64,000 bases of DNA from Octopus bimaculoides (Eukaryota). Under the pieces are notes generated by a model, which ran no database searches, was not told the DNA's origin, and was given only the letters and a program-made list of their open reading frames with translations. The stretch covers positions 39,259,295 through 39,323,294 of the forward strand of contig NC_068994.1 in assembly GCF_001194135.2 (NCBI RefSeq), in the 5' to 3' direction. The position numbers and the translations under genes were made by a program. Shown piece by piece: positions 27,550-40,928 of the stretch. How positions within the stretch are numbered: the stretch's first letter is position 1; each line of letters starts with the position of its first letter.

Positions 27550-29264
27550 TTAAAGAAAATTACAGTTTTGTGTTATTAAATTCACTTTGCTATGGCGCAG
27601 TGGCTTCAATTTCATGAAGTCTCTTGCCAGTCAAGTACAGCTCTAAAATTTACAAAGAGCATTTTACAAAAGTAAATGAAAAATAACAACAAAAATGAAT
27701 CAGATGGGTGGATCCATTCACTTTTGTTCTTGCTTTCATTGGTAAATTGGTAAAGTGGGTGTCTGGAAAAATGGGTCTATATGTATTTGATGTTATTTTA
27801 CTAACTCCTTCCCTTCAGTGTGAGCTAAAATCCAAAAATGTGAGGCTTGGATTTTAGCTCATCATGTAGTCTATAAGGAAGATATGAAGTCAGACGTTTT
27901 TCTCCAGTTATATTATGCATATCTACAAAGCATAAAATTCAACATATTTAGGGACAGACCTATATTCCATTTGGATTTGATTGACAAGGTTCCAGAGACA
28001 AGATCTATACAACAACTTTGGAGAGATACTGTCTTTTTGAGGTCAGAAATTGCATTTTAGGTGTAACAGTTGTGTACCACAAAATGATGGATGAATACAC
28101 AGACTGCCATATTGCAGAACAGACAGATGCAAAGAAATTTTCAGAGCAAATATCAGAGAGAGAGAGAGAGAGAACAAAATAAAGCAAGCATGAAAAAAGA
28201 GGCTCAAAGACAATGAATATTGGGTTTATATTGGTCTGATACTCTAAGAGGAGCAAATGGAAAACCAATTAAGAACACTGTCTAAAGATTCCTGATATTC
28301 TTGTCAGAATAAGGTGTGGCTATACTCTAAGCCAATATCTGTCATCAAGCCGAGAACTACTATAACTTTTGTTATTTATAAATTTATGACTTAACTTGCC
28401 AATACAGAAAGGCAAGACATAAGCAACAAAACAGCAATTATGCATCAAGATATACTAATACATTAACAAGGCAGAATGACTATGTGCAGTATTTTAGTTT
28501 TGAGTAACATACTGAACTTATACAGAAACCCTGGGCTTAACCAGATACTTTTATTAAAAGTCATAAAACGCATAAGGTCAGTTGCCCAGTCTATGTGGTA
28601 TATAAGTGATTGAGATCATGATAATCATCTGAATGGTATGCCAGTCCATTGCACAGTTCAAGGCCAGTAATTTTGAGGCCAAGGGGACAAGTTGATTACA
28701 TTGATTCCAGTACTTGAATTGTACTCTATATTATCAATGCTGAAGGAGTGAAAGACAAAGTTGATGTTGGCAGGATTTGAACTCAGAACATAAAAAGTTG
28801 AAAAAAAATGCTGGTAAGCATTTTGTCTGATGTGCTAATGATTCTGCCAGCTCACCGTTATTTACCAGATATACTAATACTATAAACCTCTGGAGTGGGA
28901 AAGAAAATTCCATTAGGAAACAAAACCTGATTTTAAATTACTTCATAAAGAATTGGACACGGAGAAGTACATATTTAGTTTTCTCAAACAGCAAAGATAC
29001 CTCAGCTCCCAATTCATTAATGTATTGATAACAAAAAAAGACAAACTTATCTGATGAAGGATCATGAACCAAGAAGCATTTTTAGCATAATGATAAAATA
29101 TTCAGACATGAATTTTAAACAAACTACAAGGTTTCCAATCAACAATCATACTTAAATGTAATATGTTCGATTGTTTTCTCTTTTTACTTTTAATCACATG
29201 CAACTGAATAAATATACACCCACAGTCTAACCATGTTGTCTGAGATACACCTACATATTATATG

Positions 29265-29298
<34 letters not shown>

Positions 29299-29300
<2 letters not shown>

Positions 29301-29632
29301 GGTAAAGTCACCCTTTGGTCATGAAAGACCATGGAATTGCACCTAGAAAGTTCCCCTCCAAGGCACAAATCAGAGCAAGATTGTTTATGGAAGACCACCA
29401 GTTTCCCATGCATACCAGCCTCTCCTCTCTCCTCACCACTAACGTTATCCAAGAGAAATGTGAATGCTGATTCAGCTTGGCACCAGTGACATTGCAACTC
29501 ATTTCTACAGCTGAGTGAACTGGAACAACATGAAATAAAGTGTCTTGTTTAAGAACACAACTCACAGCCCAGTCTAGGAATTGAACCCACTACCTTATGA
29601 TTGTGAGCCCGACTCTCTAACCACTGAGCCAC
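29299..29632 (-). mobile_element. tRNA-derived SINE family D copy
   Basis: Near-identical to 32943-33283; head with tggctcagtgg A-box and gttcaattcc B-box on the minus strand. Confidence 0.85.
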
Positions 29633-30027
29633 ACACATATATATACATGTATAATTCTCATGATGTCAACAACAAACAATTCTTGCTATTAAGAATAAAG
29701 TTTCTAAAACAGATATAGAAATTCAAAGGATTGTTTTGGTCTGATGGTAGAAGGCCTGTCATGTTTACAAGAACAGTGGATTCAAATTCCATGGACAGCC
29801 TTCAATTTTTTTCTTTCCAAAAGGGATAGAAATATTTATATGCAATTGTTTATAGCTTTATTGGCTTCAAGATCCACCATTCCCCCAAAAATTATATCAT
29901 ATTCTCTCCAGGTTTATAACAATTCTTGTGATGCTAACTATATCTATATATTTATTTTCACAAGGAAAAGGCTGTAACTTCGAAGTTTTGGCTTCCATCA
30001 GCAGACTGATTTAGTTTGGTGTTTTAA

Positions 30028-30245
30028 CCCTTTAGTATTTAAACTGGGCTTATCCAGCCAAAATAATCTACCTGTTTTATCTTCAAACTGGCAAGATCCA
30101 GTCTTTCACACTTACTCTACAATATTATTCTAAACATAAACAATAACATCTTTGAATTCTGAAAACTACAAGGTAATGCGTGATTAATTCCAAACAACAT
30201 GAATAAATAACTTACATTTGACACAGAAATCTGAATGCTAACAGT
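30028..30245. mobile_element. piggyBac-type MITE (family G, inverted)
   Basis: TTAA|ccctttagtattt ... aatgctaacagt|TTAA; internal sequence is the reverse complement of 27339-27549. Confidence 0.8.
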
Positions 30246-30579
30246 TTAAGCTTAATCTTTAGTATTTTTGGTGTGATTTGTGGCATTTGGTGAATGAAGC
30301 AATGTAGATGCAAAGTATAAATGGTGTGAATGAATTAACAAGGAAAAAAAAGGGTATTTGTAAGCAAGGGAATGGAGAAGAAGAGGAAGGAAGTATATGT
30401 TTGTAAGAGGATAGAGAAAAAATTATGGTAAACAGCATTCTCCTGGATTGAGAAAGGACATTGTATTTGCTGAGTAACAAGTACTAAGTTGGTTACATTT
30501 ACTGTGAAGGGATTGATGTTTGTTTATATGTTATTGTTTAGGTTCAGTGAGCATATATGTAAAAGAAGGTACAAATGAA

Positions 30580-30892
30580 AGCACATGGCTCAGTGCTTGT
30601 AAGATTGTGAGTTAACAGCTCTGTGCTTGTAAGATTGTGGGTTCTGTCTTTGAGCAAGATACTTTATTTCATGTTGCTCCAGTCTACTCATGCTGGTAAA
30701 AATGAGCAGTGCTTGTAATTCAAAAGGGCTAGTCTTGTCACATTCTATACCTTGCTGAATCTCTCTGAGAACTATATAAAGGGTTTGCATATCTGTGCAG
30801 CGCTCAGCCACTTGCATGTTAATTTCACAAACAGGTTGTTCCATTGATTGGATCAACTGAAATCCTTGTCATTGTGACCAGCTGAGTGCCAG
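30580..30892 (+). mobile_element. SINE family C copy with a 30-bp tandem duplication in the head
   Basis: ct(c/g)(a/t)gtgcttgtaagattgtg is repeated; body matches the reverse complement of 24977-25285. Confidence 0.8.
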
Positions 30893-31244
30893 TTTAAAAT
30901 GTTTAAAAGAAGATACAGAAAGTTTGATTTATAGAGAAATTCAAGAGGCTGTTAGATCAAATTTAGCTTACAATTTGTGTTAGTTAAAGGTTTTCTTAGA
31001 TGTATACAAGATTGCTTATAGGTTTCTTAGTGAAAAAAGTGTTAGTTATTATACTATTCTAGGGACCATGCACAAATGTTTATAAAGAAAGGTGGAGCTG
31101 TTAACTTATCCCTTGTAAAAATAATTAAGTACTGTAATGAAAAATATTGAGGCAACCTTCTAGTTAATAATTAGACTGTCTCTTTCTCTATATATATAAT
31201 TTTACATAGAAACAAACATTATGCATGCATTTTCATATGTACAG

Positions 31245-31822
31245 GGGCAGGCACAGCTGTGGTTAGAAGTTTGCTTCTCAATTACATGATTCTGGGTTCA
31301 GTCCCACTGCATGATACCTTAGGCAAATAATGTCTGACCAGAGGCTTGTGGGTGGATTTGGTAGATGGAAACTGAAAGAAGCCTCTCTCTCTCTCACACA
31401 CACACACAGACTATACACATGTGTATGAACTCATGTGTGTGTCTTTAAGTCTGTGTTTGTCCCTCCACTACTCCTTGATAACCAGTGTAGGTGTGTTTAT
31501 ATCCCTGTAACTTAATGGTTCAGCAAAAGAAACCAATAGAGTAAGTATCAGAAGTTTAAAAACAAACTTAGATATTCGGGTCAAATTCTACAAGAAACAC
31601 CACCATCAGTTGTCAAGTGATAGGTGGGGACAAACACAGACACAGAAACACACACACACGACAGGCTTCTTTCAGTTTCCGTCTACCAAATCCACTCACA
31701 AGGCTTTGGTCGGCCCGAGGCTATAGTAGATGACACTTGCCTAAGATTTCATGCAGTGGGACTGAACCTGGAACCATGTGGTTGGTAAGCAAGCTACTTA
31801 CCACACAGCCACTTCTGCACCT
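31245..31822. mobile_element. Adjacent inverted pair of family A SINEs (plus 31245-31575; minus about 31590-31822)
   Basis: Both match 49651-50084 in opposite orientations. The minus copy retains CpGs, suggesting it is younger. Confidence 0.88.
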
Positions 31823-31952
31823 ATANNNNNNNNNNNNNNNNNNNNNNNNNNNNNNNNNNNNNNNNNNNNNNNNNNNNNNNNNNNNNNNNNNNNNNNNNNN
31901 NNNNNNNNNNNNNNNNNNNNNNNNNNNNNNNNNNNNNNNNNNNNNNNNNNNN

Positions 31953-32005
<53 letters not shown>

Positions 32006-32055
32006 GTATGTATATATAATAAACAGTAAATAATATATATATATATTTATGTATA

Positions 32056-32217
32056 CTACACTCTGAGTGGTTGGCGTTAGGAAGGGCATCCAGCTGTAGA
32101 AACTCTGCCAAATTTAGATTGGAGCCTGGTGTTGCCATCCGGTTTCACCAGTCCTCAGTCAAATCGTCCAACCCATGCTAGCATGGAAAGCGGACGTTAA
32201 ACGATGATGATGATGAT
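32056..32217 (+). mobile_element. Short family E element with (GAT)n tail
   Basis: gagtggttggcgttaggaagggcatccagc..aacccatgctagcatggaaagcggacgttaaacgatgatg; also at 51636-51797, 52885-53048 (minus) and a tail fragment at about 4255-4297. Confidence 0.9.
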
Positions 32218-32942
32218 ACATGCATATAAGGGTACAAGACATCACCAACGGTGCAAATGACATGAAATTTGTAAACAAACAAGTTAAATAATATATATGT
32301 CAGCCTATATATATCTATCAACCAAATTCACTCATAAGGTATTGGTCAGTTCAGTGTGTTGCAGAGTAGGACTGAATCTGAAAACATATGGTTGCAAAGT
32401 ACACTTCATAACCTCACATCTATGTCTGTGCCTTATTTTAGTTCTCTCCCTTTAAAAACTTGCGCTTCCACTACCATTAAGATTACACTCTTCATACAAT
32501 TTATTAAGGTGGCAAGCTGGCAGAAACGTTAGCATGCCGGGTGANNNNNNNNNNCGTTTGTCTTTATACTGAGTTCAAATTCCGCTGAGGTCGACTTTGC
32601 CTTTCATCCTTTTGAGGTCGATAAATTAAGTACCAGTTGTGTACTGGGGTCGACCCAGTTGACTGGCCCCCTCCCACAAAATTTTGGGCCTTGTGCCTTG
32701 AGTAGAAATGAATTTATTAAAGTATAATGAAGGCATAGTTAAAAGAGACATAACACTGTTTTATTGCATTGACCAGACCATTACATGTCATACACTACTG
32801 GTGACAATGCACTTCCTTGCATTGTTGTAGCCTTCAAATGATGTCATGCAAGCTAGCTAGGTGGGCAGGTCAACATTCCTTCTAAACCTGATACCAGTAT
32901 GTCACAGTTGGTTAACCCATTTGCAGCTGATTGGACTGGGTA

Positions 32943-33283
32943 AAGGGCAAAAACCATTTTTGGTCATGAATAACCATGGGATTGCACTTAGAAAGTTACC
33001 CTCCGAGGTGCAAGTCCAGGCAAGGTTGTTTATGGAAGACCAGCAGTTTCCTATGCATACCAACCTCTCCCGTCCATGTCATTGATGTTATCCAAGAGAA
33101 AGGCAAGCATTGATACTGCTTGGCACCAGTGACATCGCGACTCATTTCTACAGCTAATGAACTGGAGCAATGTGAAATAAAGTGTCTTGCTCAAAAACAC
33201 AACACACAGTCCGGTCTGGGAATCGAACTCACTATCTAATGATTATGAGCCCAACGTTCTAACCACTGAGCCATGTGCCTTCA
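32943..33283 (-). mobile_element. tRNA-derived SINE family D copy
   Basis: Minus-strand Pol III boxes tggctcagtgg (A) and gttcgattccc (B). Confidence 0.9.
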
Positions 33284-36200
33284 CACTGAGTGGACTGGAG
33301 CAACATGAAAACTGATGGTCAAGAACACAGAGTCTCATGGTACTCTGTGTTCTTGAGCAAAACAATTTATTTCAGTTGTGAGTGGACTGGAGTAACATAA
33401 AATGAATTGTCTTGCTCAAGAACACAAAGTACCACCAGTCTGAGAATTGAAACCACATCTTGCAATCATGAAGGTAACACTCCAACTATTAGCCATGTGT
33501 CTTCACAACAGAGGGATATAAACATGTAAAAATTCAAAATAAGTCTTTCAGTGTTTCTTGAAAAATCAGAATGAATACCAGAATGGTAGATATTGATTTC
33601 AAATTTTGGCACAAGGCCAGCAATTTCAGGGATAGGTTAAGCTAATTACATTGACCCCAGTGATCAACTGATACTCGTTTTATCCTAAAAGGATGAAAGA
33701 CAAAATTGACCTCGGTATAATTTGAACTCAGAGTGTAAAGATGGATGAAATGCTGCTAAGCACTTTATCCAGCATGCTAATGATTTTACCAGCTTACTGC
33801 CTTACAGAAAGGTAGATATCATTAACTGAATTGAGGACTAATAATGGATCTGAAAAACACCAATGGAATTTTAAAACTAACATTGGTAGAACCTAAATGT
33901 ACAGTTAGATATACCTATAAAGTCAAGTGACTGAATTCTACTGTCTAGGCCCACAAAACGAGAAGAAGACTAGGAAAAAAATGTATTTAAATAACAGTAG
34001 TTTTCTAACATTTGGGATAATAAATGATATAGAGGCATGAAGAATATTGCATGTTAAGAAAGCACGTGCCGGCATTGTAAAAAAACGAACATTAAAATGA
34101 TGAAAGATGTTAATGATAAAGATGACTGTTTGTGTACTTGTATGCACCAGTTTGTGTGTGTGTGTGAGCGTGTGTGCATGTGCGTGTATTGTGTCTGTGT
34201 ATGTATATTTAGAGTGTGTGCACAAGCGTGAGTGTATTGTGAATTTGTTAATGTTCTTTTACAATTAAAATTAAGCGTAATCGATACATGCTATTTTCTA
34301 TGGGAGAAATGTACAGTCTGATGAATGTGTGTATGTTTGTGCATTGTGTACTCGTATGTGAGTATATGTATAAGTGTGTGAGTGTGTGTGTGATAATGAA
34401 TATTATAAGCCCATTTCTAAAGGTCTCAGACAGCTGGATTTGTCTTGAAAAGATGGGATTTGTTAGTAGATAAAGACATGAATCAGAGCAAGTAATTATC
34501 TAGTTATTTTACACAGGCAATTACAAATATCCCAGGGTAAAGCTGCATTTATGAAATGTTTAGATCCCACTGCACAGCACCTTAGGCAACTGTCTACTAT
34601 TATAGCCCCAGGTTGACCACAGCCTTGTGCATGGATTTTGTAGACAGAAACTGTGTATGTCTTTATGTTTATGCTTGTCTCCCATCTTCGTTTGACAACC
34701 AGTGTTGGCTTGATTATATCCTCATAACTTAGTGGTTTGACAAAAGAGACTGATAGAATAAGTACCGTACTTTAAAAATAAGTACTGAGAATGATTTGTT
34801 TGACTAAATCCAAATCTATGATGGTGGTGCCCCAGCATGGCCACAGTTCAATAGCTGTAAGTAGCAAAGCTAAGGAATATAAAAGATATTAATTTTCACT
34901 CAATCCTAGCTACCAAACAGGTACCGTTATTTAATTTCATACATTTTTAGGGGTTGGTCAGATATGGAAGAGTAGTGCCTGCAAATTTTTAGTGGGTCTC
35001 TGCTATTGGTGCAAAGAAAGAAGAAAATTATCAATTATCCACAGACCATAATCTCTGTCCAAATAGTCACAATAGATGTTCTCTGATCATGTGACCAAAT
35101 GAAAGAAATGGTGCTGCTAAATGTGGTGACAGACTAACTCTACTACCCACCAAAATAAAAATGGTTTCTTGGATGGCCTTCCATACAGTTTAACAGTCTA
35201 CCACAAAATTTCCATTCCAAGACTTCGACCGACCTGTGGCATACATAATCATACACACACACACACACTCCCAACCATGTGCATGCACATATACATGCAT
35301 GCACACGCACACATAATTATTGGTAAATTTATAAAGATGTAACATAGCAACATGCACAATGAAGAAAACTATAGCTATTAAAACCAAAACTCATATGTAA
35401 AAGTTATTGTTTTAACAATAGGCCTAATTAACCAAATGAAGCTGATATGTAACAATATCAATCATAATGTAAAATAATATACATATATATATATAACATA
35501 TACGTTAATCCTTGAGCTGACAATATGACATAGAATTAACTGGAGAAAGAAAATGAATCTACTATGTTTGCAATTAAAATAGTAAAAATCATTAATAAAA
35601 ATAAGTTAGAATGAAATCTATTTTAGATATTACAAAAACGTCAAGAACACAATATATTTTAGTTTAAGTGATTGATTGATATACATGTAAAATTGTCAAT
35701 AAATTTATACCAAAGCGTGTATACAGAGATTAATAATAATATTTTCTTACATTGGTGCAAACATATAGATTTGTTAGGAAGTGGGTACAGTTGATTGAAT
35801 TAATCCTCTCTATTGCTGCCTTGAATTTTTATGTGACTGCTCAATCAGTTGTAAGAGCAGCTAAATCACCCTCTGATTTCATCTAACCCTTATAAAAAAA
35901 TGGAAAGCATGCATGGGATAATCTAATTAACAAAACGGCAGGGTGATCATGGATGGAATGATGTTGTTCAAAGGTCTGTTCAGTCAGGAATGAACTTGGG
36001 CTGAACAACAACGACAGCAACAACATTCTAATTATTTTATAGGCCCTAAAGGTCAAAAGTAAAAATCACCCAAAGGAAAGATAAAACTAAATAATATAAA
36101 ACAGAATAAAACAAGTGGTACAAAATTACAGTCATATCATCTATTGTATCTTCTGTGCAGAGCAATGAAATAATTATTCATGCAATCATTCAGTATTTGA

Positions 36201-36999
36201 GGATTACTGACTTACAGAGTTATGTCAAACAGCTATCAAACAATTATCAACGAGTCCATTATGAAGATCAAACCACTACCTTCCTTAGGCCAGGAAAGGC
36301 AGGTAGTTTTCCTCCATCTAGTGGTCATGGTGACAGAGGTTGTACAGTTGAAAAGATTGAAATGACTGAGGACATATTTTCCTGTCTGAGCAAGCTCCTA
36401 TCGGCTTTTTTAAATTCCACTCAGATAGGATAAGTGTTGGGAGGGAGTAAATTTATTGAATGATGGGAGAGATTGTCAAGCACGGCCCACATGAATGGAT
36501 TGACATTCAGCACACACATCTTTAAGACAGGGAATACAGATGAGAATGGGCTTTATCACACTGGGAATTGGGTTAAATCTGGACCTGTAGGAAGGGTTAA
36601 ATGACTCTAAGTGGTTGTTCTTCATTTGGGACTTTATCATATTTGTAAATACTGGGTCACTCCAAGTTTCATTTGACTTCTATGTAAACCATTACATTTT
36701 TTGTTACCTATAATAGTTGAAGGGATATTATATTCCTTCACCTGTTGTCTTTGTGTCTATAATAAGGTAGTGAATGCACAAAACTGTTAGAGTATCAGCC
36801 AAAATGTTTTGCACAATTTATTCTAAATCACCATATTCTAGATTAAAATCCTATTGAAGATAAAAGAAAGTACCAGCCAAGTACAGGGGGTAATTTAATC
36901 AACTAACATTCTTCCGCCAAATATGAAGTATTGAACCTATACTAGAAATGATTTCTTACTGTTATCATTATGATTACTATTATTATTGTTGTTATTGTC

Positions 37000-37058
<59 letters not shown>

Positions 37059-37082
37059 CATCATCATCATTATCATTATTAT

Positions 37083-37745
37083 TAAGGTTGTGAGCTGGCA
37101 GAATCATTAGCATGCCAGGTAAGTGCTTAATGGTATTTCACCTGTCTGTGTGATCTGAGTTCAAAGTCCACTGAGGTCAGCTTTGCCTTTCATTCTTTCA
37201 GGGTTGATAAATTAAGTACCATTGAAACGCTGGGGTCGATGCAAGCAGTTAGTCCCCTCCCGCAAAATTTCAGGCCTTGCGCCTTTAATAGAAATGGTTA
37301 TTATTATTATGGTGATTAGCTGGCAGAATCATTGGCACAATGGACAAAATACTTAGCAGCATTTTGTCCATCTTCACTTTCTGAGTTCAAATTCCACTGA
37401 GGTTGACTTTGCCTTACATCCTTTCATGTTCAATAAAGTAAGTACCAGTTGAACACTGGGATTGATGTAACTGACTTAACCCCTTCCCCAAAATTGCTGG
37501 CCTTGTGACAAAATTTGAAACTATTATTATTATTATTATTATTATTGGGACAGTGATCTGGCAGAATTGTTAGCAAGCTGGGCAAAATGTTTAGCAGCAT
37601 TTCTACCAGTTTAACATTCGGAGTTCAAATTCTGCCCAGGTCAACTTTGGGGTCAATGAAATAAGTACCAGTTATCCACTAGAGTTCATGTTATCGACAA
37701 GCCCTTTCCCGTAAAATTTCAGGCCTTGTACCAATAGTAGAAAGG
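37083..37745 (+). mobile_element. Three head-to-tail family B SINE copies separated by (TTA)n
   Basis: gctggcagaat.. heads at about 37093, 37318 and 37556, each ending ggccttg..gaaa followed by (TTA)n. Confidence 0.9.
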
Positions 37746-37790
37746 ATTATTACCATCATCATCATCATCATTATTATTATTATTATTATT

Positions 37791-38062
37791 GTTTAGTAGT
37801 TTTATTTTTATAACGTGCTTTCACGTCACTACCGAGCGCAGCTCTGTGCGCCTTGGATATGTGCTGTGGTTTGCTGTGGTGCTCTTATGTTTACTGTATT
37901 GAAAGTGTTTTGCGTAGAATGTGTGCAGTACCCAATAGTGCAATTTTCCGTATGTTATATATATTTGTAAGTCCTGGTGTTTTTGTTATGTATTTGTCTG
38001 AATATTTTTTTATTATAACTAAGGCACCTACTATGATAGGAATTGTTTCTGTTTTTAGAAAC
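37791..38062 (-). mobile_element. 5'-truncated R4/Dong-type (restriction-like endonuclease) non-LTR retrotransposon 3' end
   Basis: Minus 38061-37891 is stop-free: FLKTETIPIIVGALVIIKKYSDKYITKTPGLTNIYNIRKIALLGTAHILRKTLSIQ*, matching the 'IPIVVGALG..LLGTAHILRK' RLE C-terminus. About 100-bp 3'UTR; (TAA)n on both flanks; CpGs retained. Confidence 0.87.
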
Positions 38063-38063
38063 A

Positions 38064-38161
<98 letters not shown>

Positions 38162-38689
38162 CTAGATGCCAGAAATAGTAGCCTTATGGTATTTACTTAG
38201 TACATTTACATTTTGCATTCAAATCCTGTTGAGGTCTATATTCTTCAGTGGGAGGAAGGGAGATTGATAATATTAGTACTGGTCATGTGTTAGAATATGG
38301 AGCATTATTATAATCAAATATATACCCTCTTTTAAGGCCTGCATCTTTGTGCCTATATCAAAAATCATTATAATTATTTTTAAAGCAATGATGGTGATGA
38401 TGAGAAGAATTTTAATGATAGTGATTAAATTACTATAATGATGACAATAAGAATAATAATGATGATGATGACGACTACAACAACGATGATGACGCCGACA
38501 ATAATATTGCTGTTGTTATATAGCCCCAGACAAGTCTTATTGACTAGACACATGATCACAGATATGCCAACTCTCACCATCCCACCTTTATATCAGATAT
38601 TGTTTCCTTTACTTCTTTACTTCCCTAAGATGGTAAAATATGATATGAGGGAAATTTGGCTGCTATTTCTAGTAGGTAAAAAGGCTACA

Positions 38690-38711
38690 TAGATCACGTT
38701 TATCATCATCA

Positions 38712-38755
<44 letters not shown>

Positions 38756-40020
38756 GTGTTTTTTCTTATTAAACAAAAGGCAATTTTTTTAATAAATTGG
38801 ATGTCTAATTAAATAAATTGATTGATACCCAATATCTCATTATTGACCCAATTAAAAAATTTAGATCAAGACCATCAAATTAGCTACGTTTGTTGTTGCA
38901 AATGATTAGGACGCTACACAAAATTTCCGTTGTTGTAAATCTTTACCAAACTATTCTACGATCGAACCTTCCGACCATGACCATCCTGTTTTATTTTGTT
39001 CGGGCATTGTGTATCTAGGAATTCATAATGCAATGTCTTTTTTTCCTTTTATAAAGACAACAGCATATTGGACAACCACGTAGACGGTCTGTCGCTGGCT
39101 CGTCTAGACTACGTTAAATAACATACTGACTGGAAAATGACTTCAAATGTTTTATCAGAGACACAATGTTTATTTGAATTTAACGAAAACACAAATATTC
39201 ATCATCTACTTCCTAGAAAAAGCTTTTTCATCCTATAAAGGAATCGAAAATATTGTAATATTTCAGATTTTCTAAAGTGATCGAACAACGTACTAAACGT
39301 CACATGACAACAAGCCATTCATCAAATCCTATAGATCATCTGACGACAAAAGAATATTCACGGGACATAACTCACATGAATATTTTTCAGAATAACTCCC
39401 CTTGTATGTTTATACTTTTGTTACTTCACAACATGTACGAAGCATGTGACTTATGTTCGTAATATGTATGTTTTTACGTTAATCGAAATAGCGAAAACTA
39501 GCTTAATTTGTTTTACCTTAGAACCAGTTAGGATTTCTTTAGACAGTAAATTTCAAGTTATTTTAACAATAGTTTGTCATGTTAAATGCCAAACAACAAG
39601 CAGTTAAACAGATTCATATATACGTATATGTGTATATGTGGGTGGATTTATGTGTGCGCGCACGCGCGTGTTTGTGATTACAAGACAGATCAGATTATAG
39701 TTAGGAACAATAGCAATATTACTGCATTTTTCTAATATAACTCACGAGGGGGACAAAAACAAAAATGGTCTTGGCTGTATTTAACACTGTATTCTATAAA
39801 GAAGGAAATCCTGAATTCCCAGCATAGGATTGCTCAATTTACGACGGTACTAAACTAGCTGAAAGCGATAGAGGCATGTGATGTAGCAGCCCCCATCCCA
39901 CTAAAAAAAATATTCCAGATCGGAAGATCAGTATACTTCAATAGCCTAGTTTTCTTAACGGCAAAATTAGAGAGAAACAGGAATATTACTGAAAAAGCAG
40001 GGAAGGGGATCACGGTTTAG
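38690..40020. promoter_or_regulatory. CpG-retaining, transposon-poor island; candidate promoter
   Basis: About 38 CpGs counted by eye in 1.33 kb versus about 2 in 19200-20800. E-box-like gtcacatgac (39299), catgtgac (39443) and catgtg (39875); tgcgcgcacgcgcg at 39655. Confidence 0.55.
39517..39620 (-). other. Candidate first (non-coding) exon
   Basis: Minus-strand donor ctaag|GTAAAA at 39516 inside the CpG island; 5' end undefined. Confidence 0.25.
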
Positions 40021-40892
40021 TACAGAAATATATGAAATATTCTTAAATATAATTTATATAACACCAGGTGTATGTTATCAAGTTCTATTTGTAATACTCC
40101 TCCACACTATTTCTGTAAATTTCTTATTCATTTTCCCTCATCTTTATAAGCAGTATACTATAAATCAAACATACAACCTTTTACTTTTTTATACAATTGT
40201 GTTATATTATACTTTTATTTACTATCCGTAGTCATAGTATATAAATACTCAGTAAACAAATTACAGCAATATTTTACTTTTTATTAGTCATTTTCCATTT
40301 AGGAGCAGTTGTAGTATAGCATTGTTAGATCACACCTTAATTTACCATTCATAATCATTGTAAGATGATGAACTAGCAGAGAGGTTAGAATATTAGACAA
40401 AATGCAGTGTGGCATTTCTTTCGGCATACTACACTGAAATCAAATCTTGCTGAGGTTACCTTTGCTCTCATCTTTTTCCCAGGGAGTTAGGGCCTGTAGA
40501 AAGTACCAATACAGAACAGGGTATTGTCAGAAGAGTTATAATGTCAAATAAATTCTGTGTGATATCTGTTACTAGCTATTTGTGTTCCAAAGGCAATGAT
40601 TATGACAATGATGGTACGAAGCAATATCAGTCTTTTATAAAGATCCTTTTCCTTGGACAATACTAGTGGTGTGAAAAAGGGAGGCTTGCATGCAATGGAA
40701 ACTGCAAGTCTGTTACAAAAATCCTTATCTATCTATCTGGGTAGCTGTGTCTTTCTCGCTCTTTCTCTCCCTCTCTCTATTTGTCTGTCTGTTCGTCCGT
40801 CCATCTGTTTTTCTGTTCAACTGCCTATCTGTCTGTTTGTGTATCCATCCATCCATTGATCCATCCATCTATCTGTTTGTCTGTTCAACTGC

Positions 40893-40928
<36 letters not shown>

